From a virus (Duplodnaviria; Caudoviricetes): a stretch of DNA of 64,000 nucleotides. The notes below the pieces were generated by a model. That model worked only from the letters and a program-made list of their open reading frames with translations, was not told the origin of the DNA and ran no database searches. Position numbers and translations under genes: made by a program. Below, one piece after another: positions 57,701-64,000 of the stretch (its first letter is position 1; each line of letters starts with the position of its first letter). Location: positions 1 to 64,000 of the IMG/VR virus record IMGVR_UViG_3300046522_000316; one strand, 5' to 3'.

Positions 57701-57785
57701 AAAGTTCTTCCTGCTGTTGAAGTTCCATGCGCTTTTTACGCAAAGCATCTGCGATTGGGTTTTCACGCCACTGTACACGATTCAT
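51705..57785 (-). CDS. very large SNF2-like helicase (2026 aa)
   Basis: ALAPGGGKT, AIDESH, LLTGT, SEGHNLQ, QTAARVWR. Confidence 0.85.
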   Translation of the reverse strand: MNRVQWRENPIADALRKKRMELQQQEELSEQLSAYARANGDEDGDDDDDDEQGDESSEFVKSIRTVSLEPARNLEYESFFYPKKERNFLVPILESLSDVTSNLNMFLRFARICMGRANTMSMNTDEQNEELIASIFVQVFHSKRTSGSIQEDVVNFLRASRRTAHSFHNVYRSKRYNEGLDVVLMGAGADPEKEGLPAPYFGVSDFELGRSEYLETNNDFPLTEMRRKGTWQSSMGEKILAAAREIHMFLFGTTASSERMIHRGVPLNTKFSDVEKIWTKHTGLKMPTAGEIVTDMVVSNPFADQFLQIELIKQPSHAVKKLTEKLRNTKPAFNEQALSPTAVNAKIEEQLNGERPKITPESELLNITVRTSIRFTLESDIAHFVSQTPANERASLTRANSWFSLYIAQVLRAKVTGTGKAYKITNTKAIHMDHIPRYATSASTLKRIPALREQFGYVVERTKGNAENMFITPQGTMAVRPSIDALQKTTLAEDFEKVSEELLELLSRNEIPLAAFQAEPREEKWPWVDAQDLQRMQELVKDLNDFDGCSLGFDWDFGINIQATDTPGRTVTSTSVGAVTPDSLAIADWLGFNLAKDGETPMKRSFAQSMYTLNHGEHTAWAYKRAEDLYGAADDHLKFAKSGLASNLINLYMRLAYVDNKVPKLPELLGSAMRALNYSKLPTEPGFDFSPDYIKFLTPEGTLPDRAKGNTRGVIQSLLETAMDMASGAQGTHLWNETFENLRNGDKTPRASEVSLELENHPDYFNTTISTAAEFARLFRYFGGQVFKQILDAINSVEIEHYANARAGQATVNLGEMPDRPGQNFSISMPLQANATLYRDVLPFAVMLGKYAPNAETIFAEATEQAESIQPDPSFSAEDIKMPGKIGEDRAIFPHQEAVQSSLRKKNPPNFAILALAPGGGKTGQGIIDIACLMADMKEAGVVVRPLVICPNGLINTWCEEMKYFQGSNWNAFPISSAVLTRWMKTVGEKRLSDLAVNAPPNTIFISSMTFVQGRNTRVCIGNAQVNFSQNLELIRKLGCNYVAIDESHNLKSFKSARHRAVKIITSSTTVKWLRLLTGTIMPDRAKDIEGQIALKAPHVFRAGDIANIKPDQEAEKDSGLVKIGDRIITTYTPLNGKRAVDKLGHYISFIVKEKKDWAYMLPSAIESFHPVPMVDYDGADGTSPAEIEQQKLHEQLYRLVLDRTLEEMEPLLRQKAKAEALAEKNGGDDSDDEEEENGKEGSGDKFVDNDSDFSGEAIAQKLWEKNIARFERLIICPQEDEAYTEVFGNMGEGFISRKAKYIANLAAKHFNPQKWRRGTRYIELDLVDFEGQLYVARKYNPGETRVAIPDNVQSKTPVEAPDYWKPEPKGKLIIITRYNASARAVFDALPPNYQAMAVKFTGDEPDRVKAFNDFKTDDRVQILIANEQGMSEGHNLQLASRMIRAEAPWGPGALSQTAARVWRPDAKGAIAAAKGEGGLTRDVVYLDWVLADNTMEVPKLARVISKTFGVARITEAANPLYKELLASVNVPTEKDDRRLALSVDMLASTAGLDDEPFNEMEDAYRRLNAVEAKEFAEMRNSMKADMLPIEGAPNLEGSARMELVPFVANQPIPDHHNWGLLNVEVLLRDPEIVKNFSEKLRTKPVVTEWGTGRIVGFNTRGGKLSSLIVNLKNPPAGMPGRVTVQVNMAYLAQKNISPEQDAQFFDVSLAGTDTEEKRGAARQKRLEEQQRKQAEQEEREERIRKKQEGEKIRVIKKEAKDGEKRTENEKKGRPLNEGIYETGGTVKIGGGKKLRPTDNPKVGVIVEQEDFPEEPEEEIEATEISLYPAYYHGFATLEAIVESGEVDLKKQGFKFTPAYAYINVSNKKKFHAIYDWVYDNFEVNQKLNDMFAAINSAFDEGQANKHKLWYRLELAPVSELPAFFSVQKRMSSNRRELRLFPIFTEEHVMLCVDLRTNPGIIKHLGKVVPNSGAKWLKSDGEWMYFGKNKTDLKAKVAEVARSVTVQNKDQALKELSELTFKYKTR

Positions 57786-58198
57786 GCGTCGTCCTCAGAA
57801 ATCACGCCTTCGGTTTGAATGATGCTGGCCCACGTTGGGTTCGGCTCACGTTTTTGTTCAACCGCCAGTTTTACCAGCGCTTGAGCCATGGCGTTACGCA
57901 CGTGCGGATCAGGTTCATCTGCGAAGGGTTGCAAATTGTAGAAGCTGTACAGGTTGTTGTATTCCTGCAAACGGAAAGCAACGAGCAAACTTTCGATTGC
58001 TTCTTTCATATCGAAAGTCGGCGGGGGCAAATCCGGAACGTATTCGGCATAGGCTTCGTCTGCCAAATCCTGAATATCATTGCGCAGCACTTCGGACAGA
58101 TGCAGAATTGCTTTCAGTTTCTGTTCAGGCGGCGCATCGCCCTTTTTGATAATGGTCAGGATACTTTCGATCCCATCCAGAGCGGTACTAAGGCTCAT
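57782..58198 (-). CDS. hypothetical protein
   Basis: 138 aa, ATGA coupling both sides. Confidence 0.7.
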   Translation of the reverse strand: MSLSTALDGIESILTIIKKGDAPPEQKLKAILHLSEVLRNDIQDLADEAYAEYVPDLPPPTFDMKEAIESLLVAFRLQEYNNLYSFYNLQPFADEPDPHVRNAMAQALVKLAVEQKREPNPTWASIIQTEGVISEDDA

Positions 58199-58878
58199 TG
58201 CAAGTCTCCAATTGAGGCCCTTCGCCAGACGGCTAAGAGTTCTTTTTCTAGAAGCGGGTAATGCGGCATTTCTGTCAGAAAGAAAACCTCATATTTCAAA
58301 TAGAGGTGATCGCCCTTCAGGCGCGCAATGCTGATTTTCATGTCGCGATTTAAAACCACCACGTTTTCCTGCCACGGCTTTACCTGTCGGATCGTTCCGG
58401 GGCAGCGATCAGTTACGATGGTCACGGCTTCACCGCCACGCATTACTTTGCGGCGATCAAGTTTCAGTGAGTCAGGAAGTTCCTTTAGCACTTTCACTTG
58501 CACCATTCGATTCAGCAAATAATCGAGGGAGAACCGTTGAGCCTTCATTTTCACTTGGCCCACGATTTTGAAACCGTGAACAACGTTGGTCATGTCATCG
58601 GAATCAAACACGATTTCAAACGTATGCTTTTGCGGCTTCAGGTGATACAAAAGAAACTTGGAATGCAGCGCGCTACTGAAGGCGGCGTACAGTTTATTTA
58701 CAGTAAAGAAATCCTTCAAATTGTGGAGCGTTTTGACTTTTACCCCGGCCTGACGCAAAAGGATTCGAAAACCTTCTTTCAAAACTTTAGGGTCAAGCTT
58801 TTGTACATCGGGTAATTCTAAAAACGCTTCCCACGATCCGGCAAATTCCGGATCAATGTCAGGTGGCATCTTTAGCAT
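58195..58878 (-). CDS. hypothetical protein
   Basis: 227 aa ORF in operon. Confidence 0.7.
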   Translation of the reverse strand: MLKMPPDIDPEFAGSWEAFLELPDVQKLDPKVLKEGFRILLRQAGVKVKTLHNLKDFFTVNKLYAAFSSALHSKFLLYHLKPQKHTFEIVFDSDDMTNVVHGFKIVGQVKMKAQRFSLDYLLNRMVQVKVLKELPDSLKLDRRKVMRGGEAVTIVTDRCPGTIRQVKPWQENVVVLNRDMKISIARLKGDHLYLKYEVFFLTEMPHYPLLEKELLAVWRRASIGDLQ

Positions 58879-59212
58879 CTTTTTTCTTCTTCGCTAGGAT
58901 TAGATGTTTGGAATGTCGGCTACTGTGCTGGGCAGCATGGCAGTCGGCGCAAAGGGTACGCAGGTTGTGCATTACGGTTTGCCCACCGGATGCAACAGGG
59001 CGAATATGATCGACCTGCAAATACGTTGTGTTGGGGCATTTGGTGCATTTGTTCCCGTCGCGTTTAATCACCTTCGCACGGATTGTCATCCACTCACTGC
59101 GGTCGCCGTAAACGGTTGCAGAAGCACGACGAACTTTTGCCACAACTTTTGCTTTCTTCGGCCCGCTTGCAACACTCTTAACCCGCTTGGGGGCGACACG
59201 CGTGGGCCTCAT
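58859..59212 (-). CDS. HNH endonuclease
   Basis: RDGNKCTKC...VDHIRPVASGG...NLRTLCADCHAAQH. Confidence 0.9.
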   Translation of the reverse strand: MRPTRVAPKRVKSVASGPKKAKVVAKVRRASATVYGDRSEWMTIRAKVIKRDGNKCTKCPNTTYLQVDHIRPVASGGQTVMHNLRTLCADCHAAQHSSRHSKHLILAKKKKDAKDAT

Positions 59213-59997
59213 ATCAATACCTTCCGCATCCGATCCAGTGCTTTTGGATATTCTTCGGTGACAGATGCCGCCGCTTCACCCAAAGTATTTTTCAGTTTCT
59301 TTTCCACTTCCGAACGCTGGTCTTCGTTCTTAATGAACTTGGTGATTGCGCCCATCATGTGGAAATAAATATCGGTGAAAGCCTGCGCCACAATCTGCTG
59401 ATACGGGCGCATTACAATCGCTTCCAGTTCGGAAATCTGTGCAGAAATATCGCGAGTGGCACGCAGGTCTGCGATCACTTCACGAATCTGCGAATAGATG
59501 GTGTTCAACGCATAAACGTCTTTGTTGTAAATGCGATCTTCCATCTGTTCTTCGAGACGTTGAGCAGTCTGAATCAGTTGCTCAAAAATACGGCGAGTTT
59601 CCGCATCGTATTCATCGACCGGGGCCGGGAGGTGAACGTATTCTTCCACCGCTGCAAGCGTGGTGGCTTTGCCTTTCGCTTTCTTTTTCAACGCTACAGA
59701 ACCAGCAGGCAGCGCGATTTCTTTACTCAGCGATTTAGGGCCGGGAATCAACTGGCCTTCCAGCGCTTTCTTTTTCTTTTTCTTGATTGGATCTTGGCCG
59801 ACTTTGTAAGTGTTATCTTCGATCACGATTGGTTCGTGTTTTTCGACTTTAACCTTTTTCTTTTTCTTAACGGATGGGCCACGACCTTCGTCAAGGTGTT
59901 TATTGCGAAGCTTACCGCGATCATCAACGCTAATGCCGTCGTCATCGCCGCCACGCACGGTGCGCACTTTCACACCAGAACTTTTTACCTTAGCCAT
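59209..59997 (-). CDS. hypothetical protein with Lys-rich N-terminus and helical C-terminus (terminase small subunit is one possibility)
   Basis: 262 aa; family call is speculative. Confidence 0.6.
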   Translation of the reverse strand: MAKVKSSGVKVRTVRGGDDDGISVDDRGKLRNKHLDEGRGPSVKKKKKVKVEKHEPIVIEDNTYKVGQDPIKKKKKKALEGQLIPGPKSLSKEIALPAGSVALKKKAKGKATTLAAVEEYVHLPAPVDEYDAETRRIFEQLIQTAQRLEEQMEDRIYNKDVYALNTIYSQIREVIADLRATRDISAQISELEAIVMRPYQQIVAQAFTDIYFHMMGAITKFIKNEDQRSEVEKKLKNTLGEAAASVTEEYPKALDRMRKVLI

Positions 59998-60026
59998 GCA
60001 TTCCCCCTAACCGCCGCCAAACCGAC

Positions 60027-60047
60027 AAAAGGGGGCGCATGGCCCCC
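60027..60047 (-). terminator. intrinsic terminator
   Basis: GGGGGC/GCCCCC stem plus U4. Confidence 0.6.
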
Positions 60048-60069
60048 TCTTGAATTTCCCGCTTTTTGT

Positions 60070-60915
60070 TTAGAAGAAAACGTGACCGCGAACGCGAGTC
60101 ATGAACTCTTCGAAGTAGGCCGGGCGGCGTGCGAAAACGCGGCTGTAGAACGAAGAGAAACGATCAACGTCAGCAGCCGATGCAACGGCGATGGAATCTT
60201 GAATTTCTTCTTCTTCCAGTTCGACGGCGCCAGCGGTAACAACGATCATTTCGCGATGCACGGTTTCGGTTTGGCCGTTCGGGCGAACAACGAAAATGTC
60301 CGGGGTTGGCGAACCGTCTTCGTGGTCGATGGAAGCGCAGGCAATACCCATTTGCAGGTCAGCCGATTGCTGCGAAACGTAGGTGATAAGGTCGCCGCCT
60401 TCCACCATTGCGCGATCCTGCGAGGATTGCACGTGCAGGTTTTTGTTGTTGAAATCGTTCACGTCCGATTTGGCAACGGCCAGCAATTGCTGCATTACCA
60501 GAGTGTCGTCAGCGCAAACGGATTTAACCATTACTTCGCCGGTTGCGGTTTTGCGCAGAGTCCACAGATTTTCGTCTGCGTCCATGTACATGTTGGCCGC
60601 AACGGCCTTGTAGTTCGGGCGGTTGCCATCGTTCAGAACAACGCGTTCGGAAACGACGCCGACGATACCTTCGAAGTGATGCAGGGTCGGTTCAGCGGCC
60701 AGCGAAACGAACGAACCGTGAATCGGGGAAACGCCTTTGAATTGCGCTTTGATACCGGCGAAAACTTGTTCAGCAGTTGCGCCAGCAGAAGCAACGGCGA
60801 CAACGCGCATGAAACGGTCGTCGATTGGAAAGGCTTCGCGAATTTCTACTTTGGTTACGGCGGTTTTGCCGGAAGTAACCAGCGCATCGCGGGCTTTGGT
60901 AGCGTTGAAAGTCAT
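60070..60915 (-). CDS. putative head structural/internal protein
   Basis: 281 aa, own GTAATTTAA motif, GGAG SD, three AxAS motifs, strong codon bias. Confidence 0.65.
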   Translation of the reverse strand: MTFNATKARDALVTSGKTAVTKVEIREAFPIDDRFMRVVAVASAGATAEQVFAGIKAQFKGVSPIHGSFVSLAAEPTLHHFEGIVGVVSERVVLNDGNRPNYKAVAANMYMDADENLWTLRKTATGEVMVKSVCADDTLVMQQLLAVAKSDVNDFNNKNLHVQSSQDRAMVEGGDLITYVSQQSADLQMGIACASIDHEDGSPTPDIFVVRPNGQTETVHREMIVVTAGAVELEEEEIQDSIAVASAADVDRFSSFYSRVFARRPAYFEEFMTRVRGHVFF

Positions 60916-60941
60916 GTGGTAAATCTCCAGAGGATGTATTG

Positions 60942-60950
60942 TTAAATTAC
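60942..60950 (-). promoter_or_regulatory. candidate late promoter GTAATTTAA
   Basis: Intergenic, about 27 nt before start 60915. Confidence 0.55.
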
Positions 60951-60952
60951 GT

Positions 60953-61336
60953 TTATTCAGTGTCGCGGGGCACGAAGATTACTTTGCCCATTGTTTCCGG
61001 GCTTTTGTCTTTCAAATGCGGAGCCATGAAACCATCGGTGTAAATGGAACAACCCGCCAATTGGCCGAGGGTGCCGTCCAATACCAAATCGTGTTCCACG
61101 CTTGGATCGAAGTATTCAGCGCATTCATTGGAACCGATAATGTCCGACCACGGTTTAGCGTGCATCAGCACATATTTCGATTTGCGGAGAAGTTTACGCG
61201 CCTCTTCCATATTCTTGAAAATGGTATCGTCCACGATGATCCCTTTTTCGAGAGCTTCTGGAAGACGTTGGAAATACGAGGAATTTTCCAATGCGAGTTT
61301 ATCTTCGAGTTGTGCCTGCGTCATTTGATCGTTCAT
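60953..61336 (-). CDS. truncated paralogue of the major capsid protein
   Basis: 25 of 44 residues identical without gaps to MCP segment WSDIIGSN...TDGFxAP; track start 61396 overlaps upstream gene. Confidence 0.8.
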   Translation of the reverse strand: MNDQMTQAQLEDKLALENSSYFQRLPEALEKGIIVDDTIFKNMEEARKLLRKSKYVLMHAKPWSDIIGSNECAEYFDPSVEHDLVLDGTLGQLAGCSIYTDGFMAPHLKDKSPETMGKVIFVPRDTE

Positions 61337-61358
61337 GCTCTTTATGCCCCTTGTCACA

Positions 61359-62576
61359 TTAAAAGAAATTGCGGAAGAATCCGCCGGTAGATCCACGCCC
61401 CGGATAACCCGGAATGCGAGTCATCGCGGTGTTCGAAATTCCGAGAATACCGAACGCACGACTTGAATCAATGAAACCACCACCCACACTGCCATCGCCG
61501 CCCAAAGCACCAGCACGGCCCAACAGTTTTTTCAGCGGTTTTACTTGGCTTTCGATTTGCGCATCAATGCGGCCCAATGCACTTTCAATTGCCGGTGTGC
61601 GGTCAACGTTCAGGCTGACAGTTTGCCCGCCGAAATCAAACGCTAACGAACCTTCTGCCAAGTTCTGCGAACCTAATGCGTAGATTGCACTACAGGTCAG
61701 CCACGCATCGAGCAAAGGCCCTTGCATGTTGGTGCCGGTAAAGTTCGTGATATTCGGAAGCAATCCGTTGAAGAAACTCAGACCACGCGAGAGATATTCC
61801 ATGATATCGGATTGCGTGTATTCCAGTTCCGGAATAATGTTCGCAACCCGCGCACGGTTAATGTAATCCTCAAGCTGTCGGCTGGCCGTAAGAATCTGCG
61901 GCGTGATTGCCCACACTTTGTAAGTCAGCGTAGTTTTCGCAATCTTCCGGGCCGGGGTATGATCCACCAGCATCGTCAGAGGAAACATTTGCGGACTGCC
62001 AATAATTGCAGGCATGTCGATCACGGTACGCTTATTCATCCGTTCGATTTTAATCGCAGGATCTTCAACGTTCCAATCTGCAAAAACCGTTTTGTTGTTG
62101 TAGTACAGCGAGACAGTCAGCGTATCGCCTTCTTTCTCTTTTCTGGCGGCTGTACCTTTCGCCAAATCGGCTTTCTTCGCAGGCACTGGCGGTTTGTACG
62201 TGACCGGCACCGTTAATTGCATGCGCGTATCACGTCCGCAAATGATAACCACGTCTGCTTCACGACCGAGGGTCGCGGGTTCAACTGTGATTTTCGTTCG
62301 TGCCTGATATTGCCCGGTATCAGATTCAAATGACCAACGGGCGGTTAATTCGACCGCATCGCGCAAATCCATATTCGGGATCGGTAGGTCTGCGATCCAG
62401 TGGCCGGGCATGCTTTGATACGGCTTCGCGTAAACTTCTGCAATTACCGATTTGTCAGTATCGAATAAACGAACGAGCGGTGCCGGTGTGTTTTCCGTTG
62501 GGATTACCGGATCGTCGAAGTCATCGAAAAACTCTTCGGTGATTGAACAGGTTGCGCCTTCGTGAACGGTGGTCAT
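61359..62576 (-). CDS. putative neck / head-tail adaptor protein
   Basis: Beta-rich N-terminus plus helical C-terminus with FDFGGQTVSLN; adaptor-like pattern. Confidence 0.5.
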   Translation of the reverse strand: MTTVHEGATCSITEEFFDDFDDPVIPTENTPAPLVRLFDTDKSVIAEVYAKPYQSMPGHWIADLPIPNMDLRDAVELTARWSFESDTGQYQARTKITVEPATLGREADVVIICGRDTRMQLTVPVTYKPPVPAKKADLAKGTAARKEKEGDTLTVSLYYNNKTVFADWNVEDPAIKIERMNKRTVIDMPAIIGSPQMFPLTMLVDHTPARKIAKTTLTYKVWAITPQILTASRQLEDYINRARVANIIPELEYTQSDIMEYLSRGLSFFNGLLPNITNFTGTNMQGPLLDAWLTCSAIYALGSQNLAEGSLAFDFGGQTVSLNVDRTPAIESALGRIDAQIESQVKPLKKLLGRAGALGGDGSVGGGFIDSSRAFGILGISNTAMTRIPGYPGRGSTGGFFRNFF

Positions 62577-63478
62577 TCCACAACCCCTTGAGACAGGTTT
62601 TTCGCCAGCGTCTCAATATCTTGCAATGCGGATTCTTCCAAAGGCAGCAGCGCGGCTAGGCCAGCTTCCTCGGGTTCGATTTTGTTCTGCACATAACGCA
62701 GGATAAATTCGCGCAATTGATCGAGCGCTTCCCCTTCGTACTGTGCGTAATATTTACTGCGTCGGCGCATTGGCAGATTCGGTGCAATAAAGCGGACGTA
62801 ATATTCAATGAATTTTGGCGTCCATTCTACGTGCAGCAAATCGGGCATTCGCTTCCAGAAATCCAGAACGTATTTCCAATCCTCCATCGCCGTATAAAAC
62901 ATGGCGCGAGGAATATTCTGGTACAGGAGTTTTCCAGCAGTGGATTCAACGCCACCGGTGTAACCGTTCATTTGTCGAATAATCGCTTTCGTGTATCCGC
63001 CTGCAATGTCGTACAAATACCGCTGATCACGTTCCATCATTTGCTGCATGCGCGCACGTGTCAGGATGTTCAACGGAATCGAAATGCTAATGAAATCTGC
63101 GGACTGATTATCGGCAGTTCCCCAAATGGCGGTGTAGCCACGCATCCACGTTTGATGCGCAACCTTTTCCACATCGGCATTATTGCGAAGTGTCCGGGCG
63201 AACGTGAACACAAGGCCAGTGCGCCGGACTTCTTTCGGGGGCATATCGACAAGGCCTACGCTCATGTTGTTGTACATCGACCAGATGTTCACCAACGTAA
63301 ACGAGGTTTTAAAGATGAACGCCATCGGCGTTTTCTTCAATGATTCTTCGACATAATCGAGAACCATTTTAATGTCGATCAGGTAACGGTCGGTGTTATA
63401 GGTGGTGATGTAATTATCGCCGCCACGGGGCCAAGCCGAAAGACGAAAATCTAACGGCTTGGAAATGAAGTAGTGCAA
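62573..63478 (-). CDS. hypothetical protein
   Basis: 301 aa ORF in operon. Confidence 0.7.
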   Translation of the reverse strand: MHYFISKPLDFRLSAWPRGGDNYITTYNTDRYLIDIKMVLDYVEESLKKTPMAFIFKTSFTLVNIWSMYNNMSVGLVDMPPKEVRRTGLVFTFARTLRNNADVEKVAHQTWMRGYTAIWGTADNQSADFISISIPLNILTRARMQQMMERDQRYLYDIAGGYTKAIIRQMNGYTGGVESTAGKLLYQNIPRAMFYTAMEDWKYVLDFWKRMPDLLHVEWTPKFIEYYVRFIAPNLPMRRRSKYYAQYEGEALDQLREFILRYVQNKIEPEEAGLAALLPLEESALQDIETLAKNLSQGVVE

Positions 63479-64000
63479 TTACTTCAGCGTCAGGCTGTAG
63501 GAGTGAACGTTCTGGTCAATGTTGCGCAGCGAACGCACATAACCTTTCTTCAACAGCGCTTTGACTTGTGGCAGGCCGTCGAAGATCCGAATAACCTGCG
63601 CCTGAATCTCACGATCATCGTCAGGGAATTCGAGAATAACTTCGTTATCTTCCACGTTAACGCCGGACACGCCTTCGATGGCGGAAAGCCGCGTGGTGAC
63701 TTCAGTCGCGTCGAGGTTGAGGTCTGCTTTGGTGGCAAACATCACAACGTCATGGCGAGCGATTTCGCGGTCGATATCTTTGACGAAATTCTTCGCGATT
63801 GCGGCGGTGTTTTCGCCTTTGATTTCGGTGCCGAGGTTGTACAGGTACGGCAGCGCCACGCGATCCAAAATGTTCACGTAGGTGCGAATTGCGAACGCAC
63901 TTTCGGTTGGTTCCAGACGCGCAGTAACCACGACGACCAGCGCCTTGTGGAAACCTTCGCTGAAATTGCGCCAGTGCGTAACGTCGCAGTTCAACACGAA
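63479..64000 (-). CDS. hypothetical protein, 5' end outside window
   Basis: Frame open to window edge; track start at 63997 is probably internal. Confidence 0.65.
   Translation of the reverse strand, partial: FVLNCDVTHWRNFSEGFHKALVVVVTARLEPTESAFAIRTYVNILDRVALPYLYNLGTEIKGENTAAIAKNFVKDIDREIARHDVVMFATKADLNLDATEVTTRLSAIEGVSGVNVEDNEVILEFPDDDREIQAQVIRIFDGLPQVKALLKKGYVRSLRNIDQNVHSYSLTLK

Noticed and set aside
51681-57818. 1204-aa and 811-aa plus-strand ORFs
   Set aside because: Antisense to the SNF2 helicase; no recognisable domains.
1-64000. tRNA, rRNA, CRISPR array, transposase, integrase
   Set aside because: Intergenic gaps are mostly under 170 nt and contain only terminators, promoter-like motifs and hairpins; no cloverleaf or repeat-spacer pattern seen by eye (tRNAscan/CRT not run).

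Overview
About 64 kb of a large (jumbo-type) contractile-tailed dsDNA phage genome, with essentially every real gene on the minus strand; the long plus-strand ORFs look like antisense shadows. Contents in coordinate order: small hypothetical genes; a late virion gene with a probable -1 frameshift extension; dcd; a baseplate/tail module (hub, LysM-like wedge, tube initiator, lytic tape-measure-like protein, two Zn-ribbon hub-assembly proteins, two tube-fold proteins, sheath 1, tail terminator); a head module (MCP, decoration protein, acidic scaffold, putative prohead protease, internal proteins); GT2-TPR glycosyltransferase; NAD-dependent ligase; Ig-repeat and fibre proteins; sheath 2; a J-domain protein; replication genes (SF2 helicase, clamp, family A polymerase); a 2026-aa SNF2-like helicase; HNH; and neck genes. 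From memory the gene set resembles PaBG/Lu11/RSL1/Y3/JA11-like jumbo myoviruses, which needs a database search to confirm. I saw no tRNA, rRNA, CRISPR array or transposase. Top observations: (1) an A-AAA-AAG -1 frameshift signal at 3440-3446 with a downstream stem-loop that would fuse a 306-aa protein to a start-less 268-aa domain; (2) a stand-alone ~127-aa paralogue of part of the major capsid protein (25/44 ungapped identity) at 60953-61336; (3) a recurrent A-x-A-S motif and a shared N-terminal I-[AS]-L-A motif in head-region proteins; (4) two candidate phage promoter motifs (GTAATTTAA, CTGTAAATA) and twin terminator-promoter cassettes; (5) a J-domain protein, a glycosyltransferase in the head cluster and two sheath paralogues. 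All calls are by eye; no searches were run.
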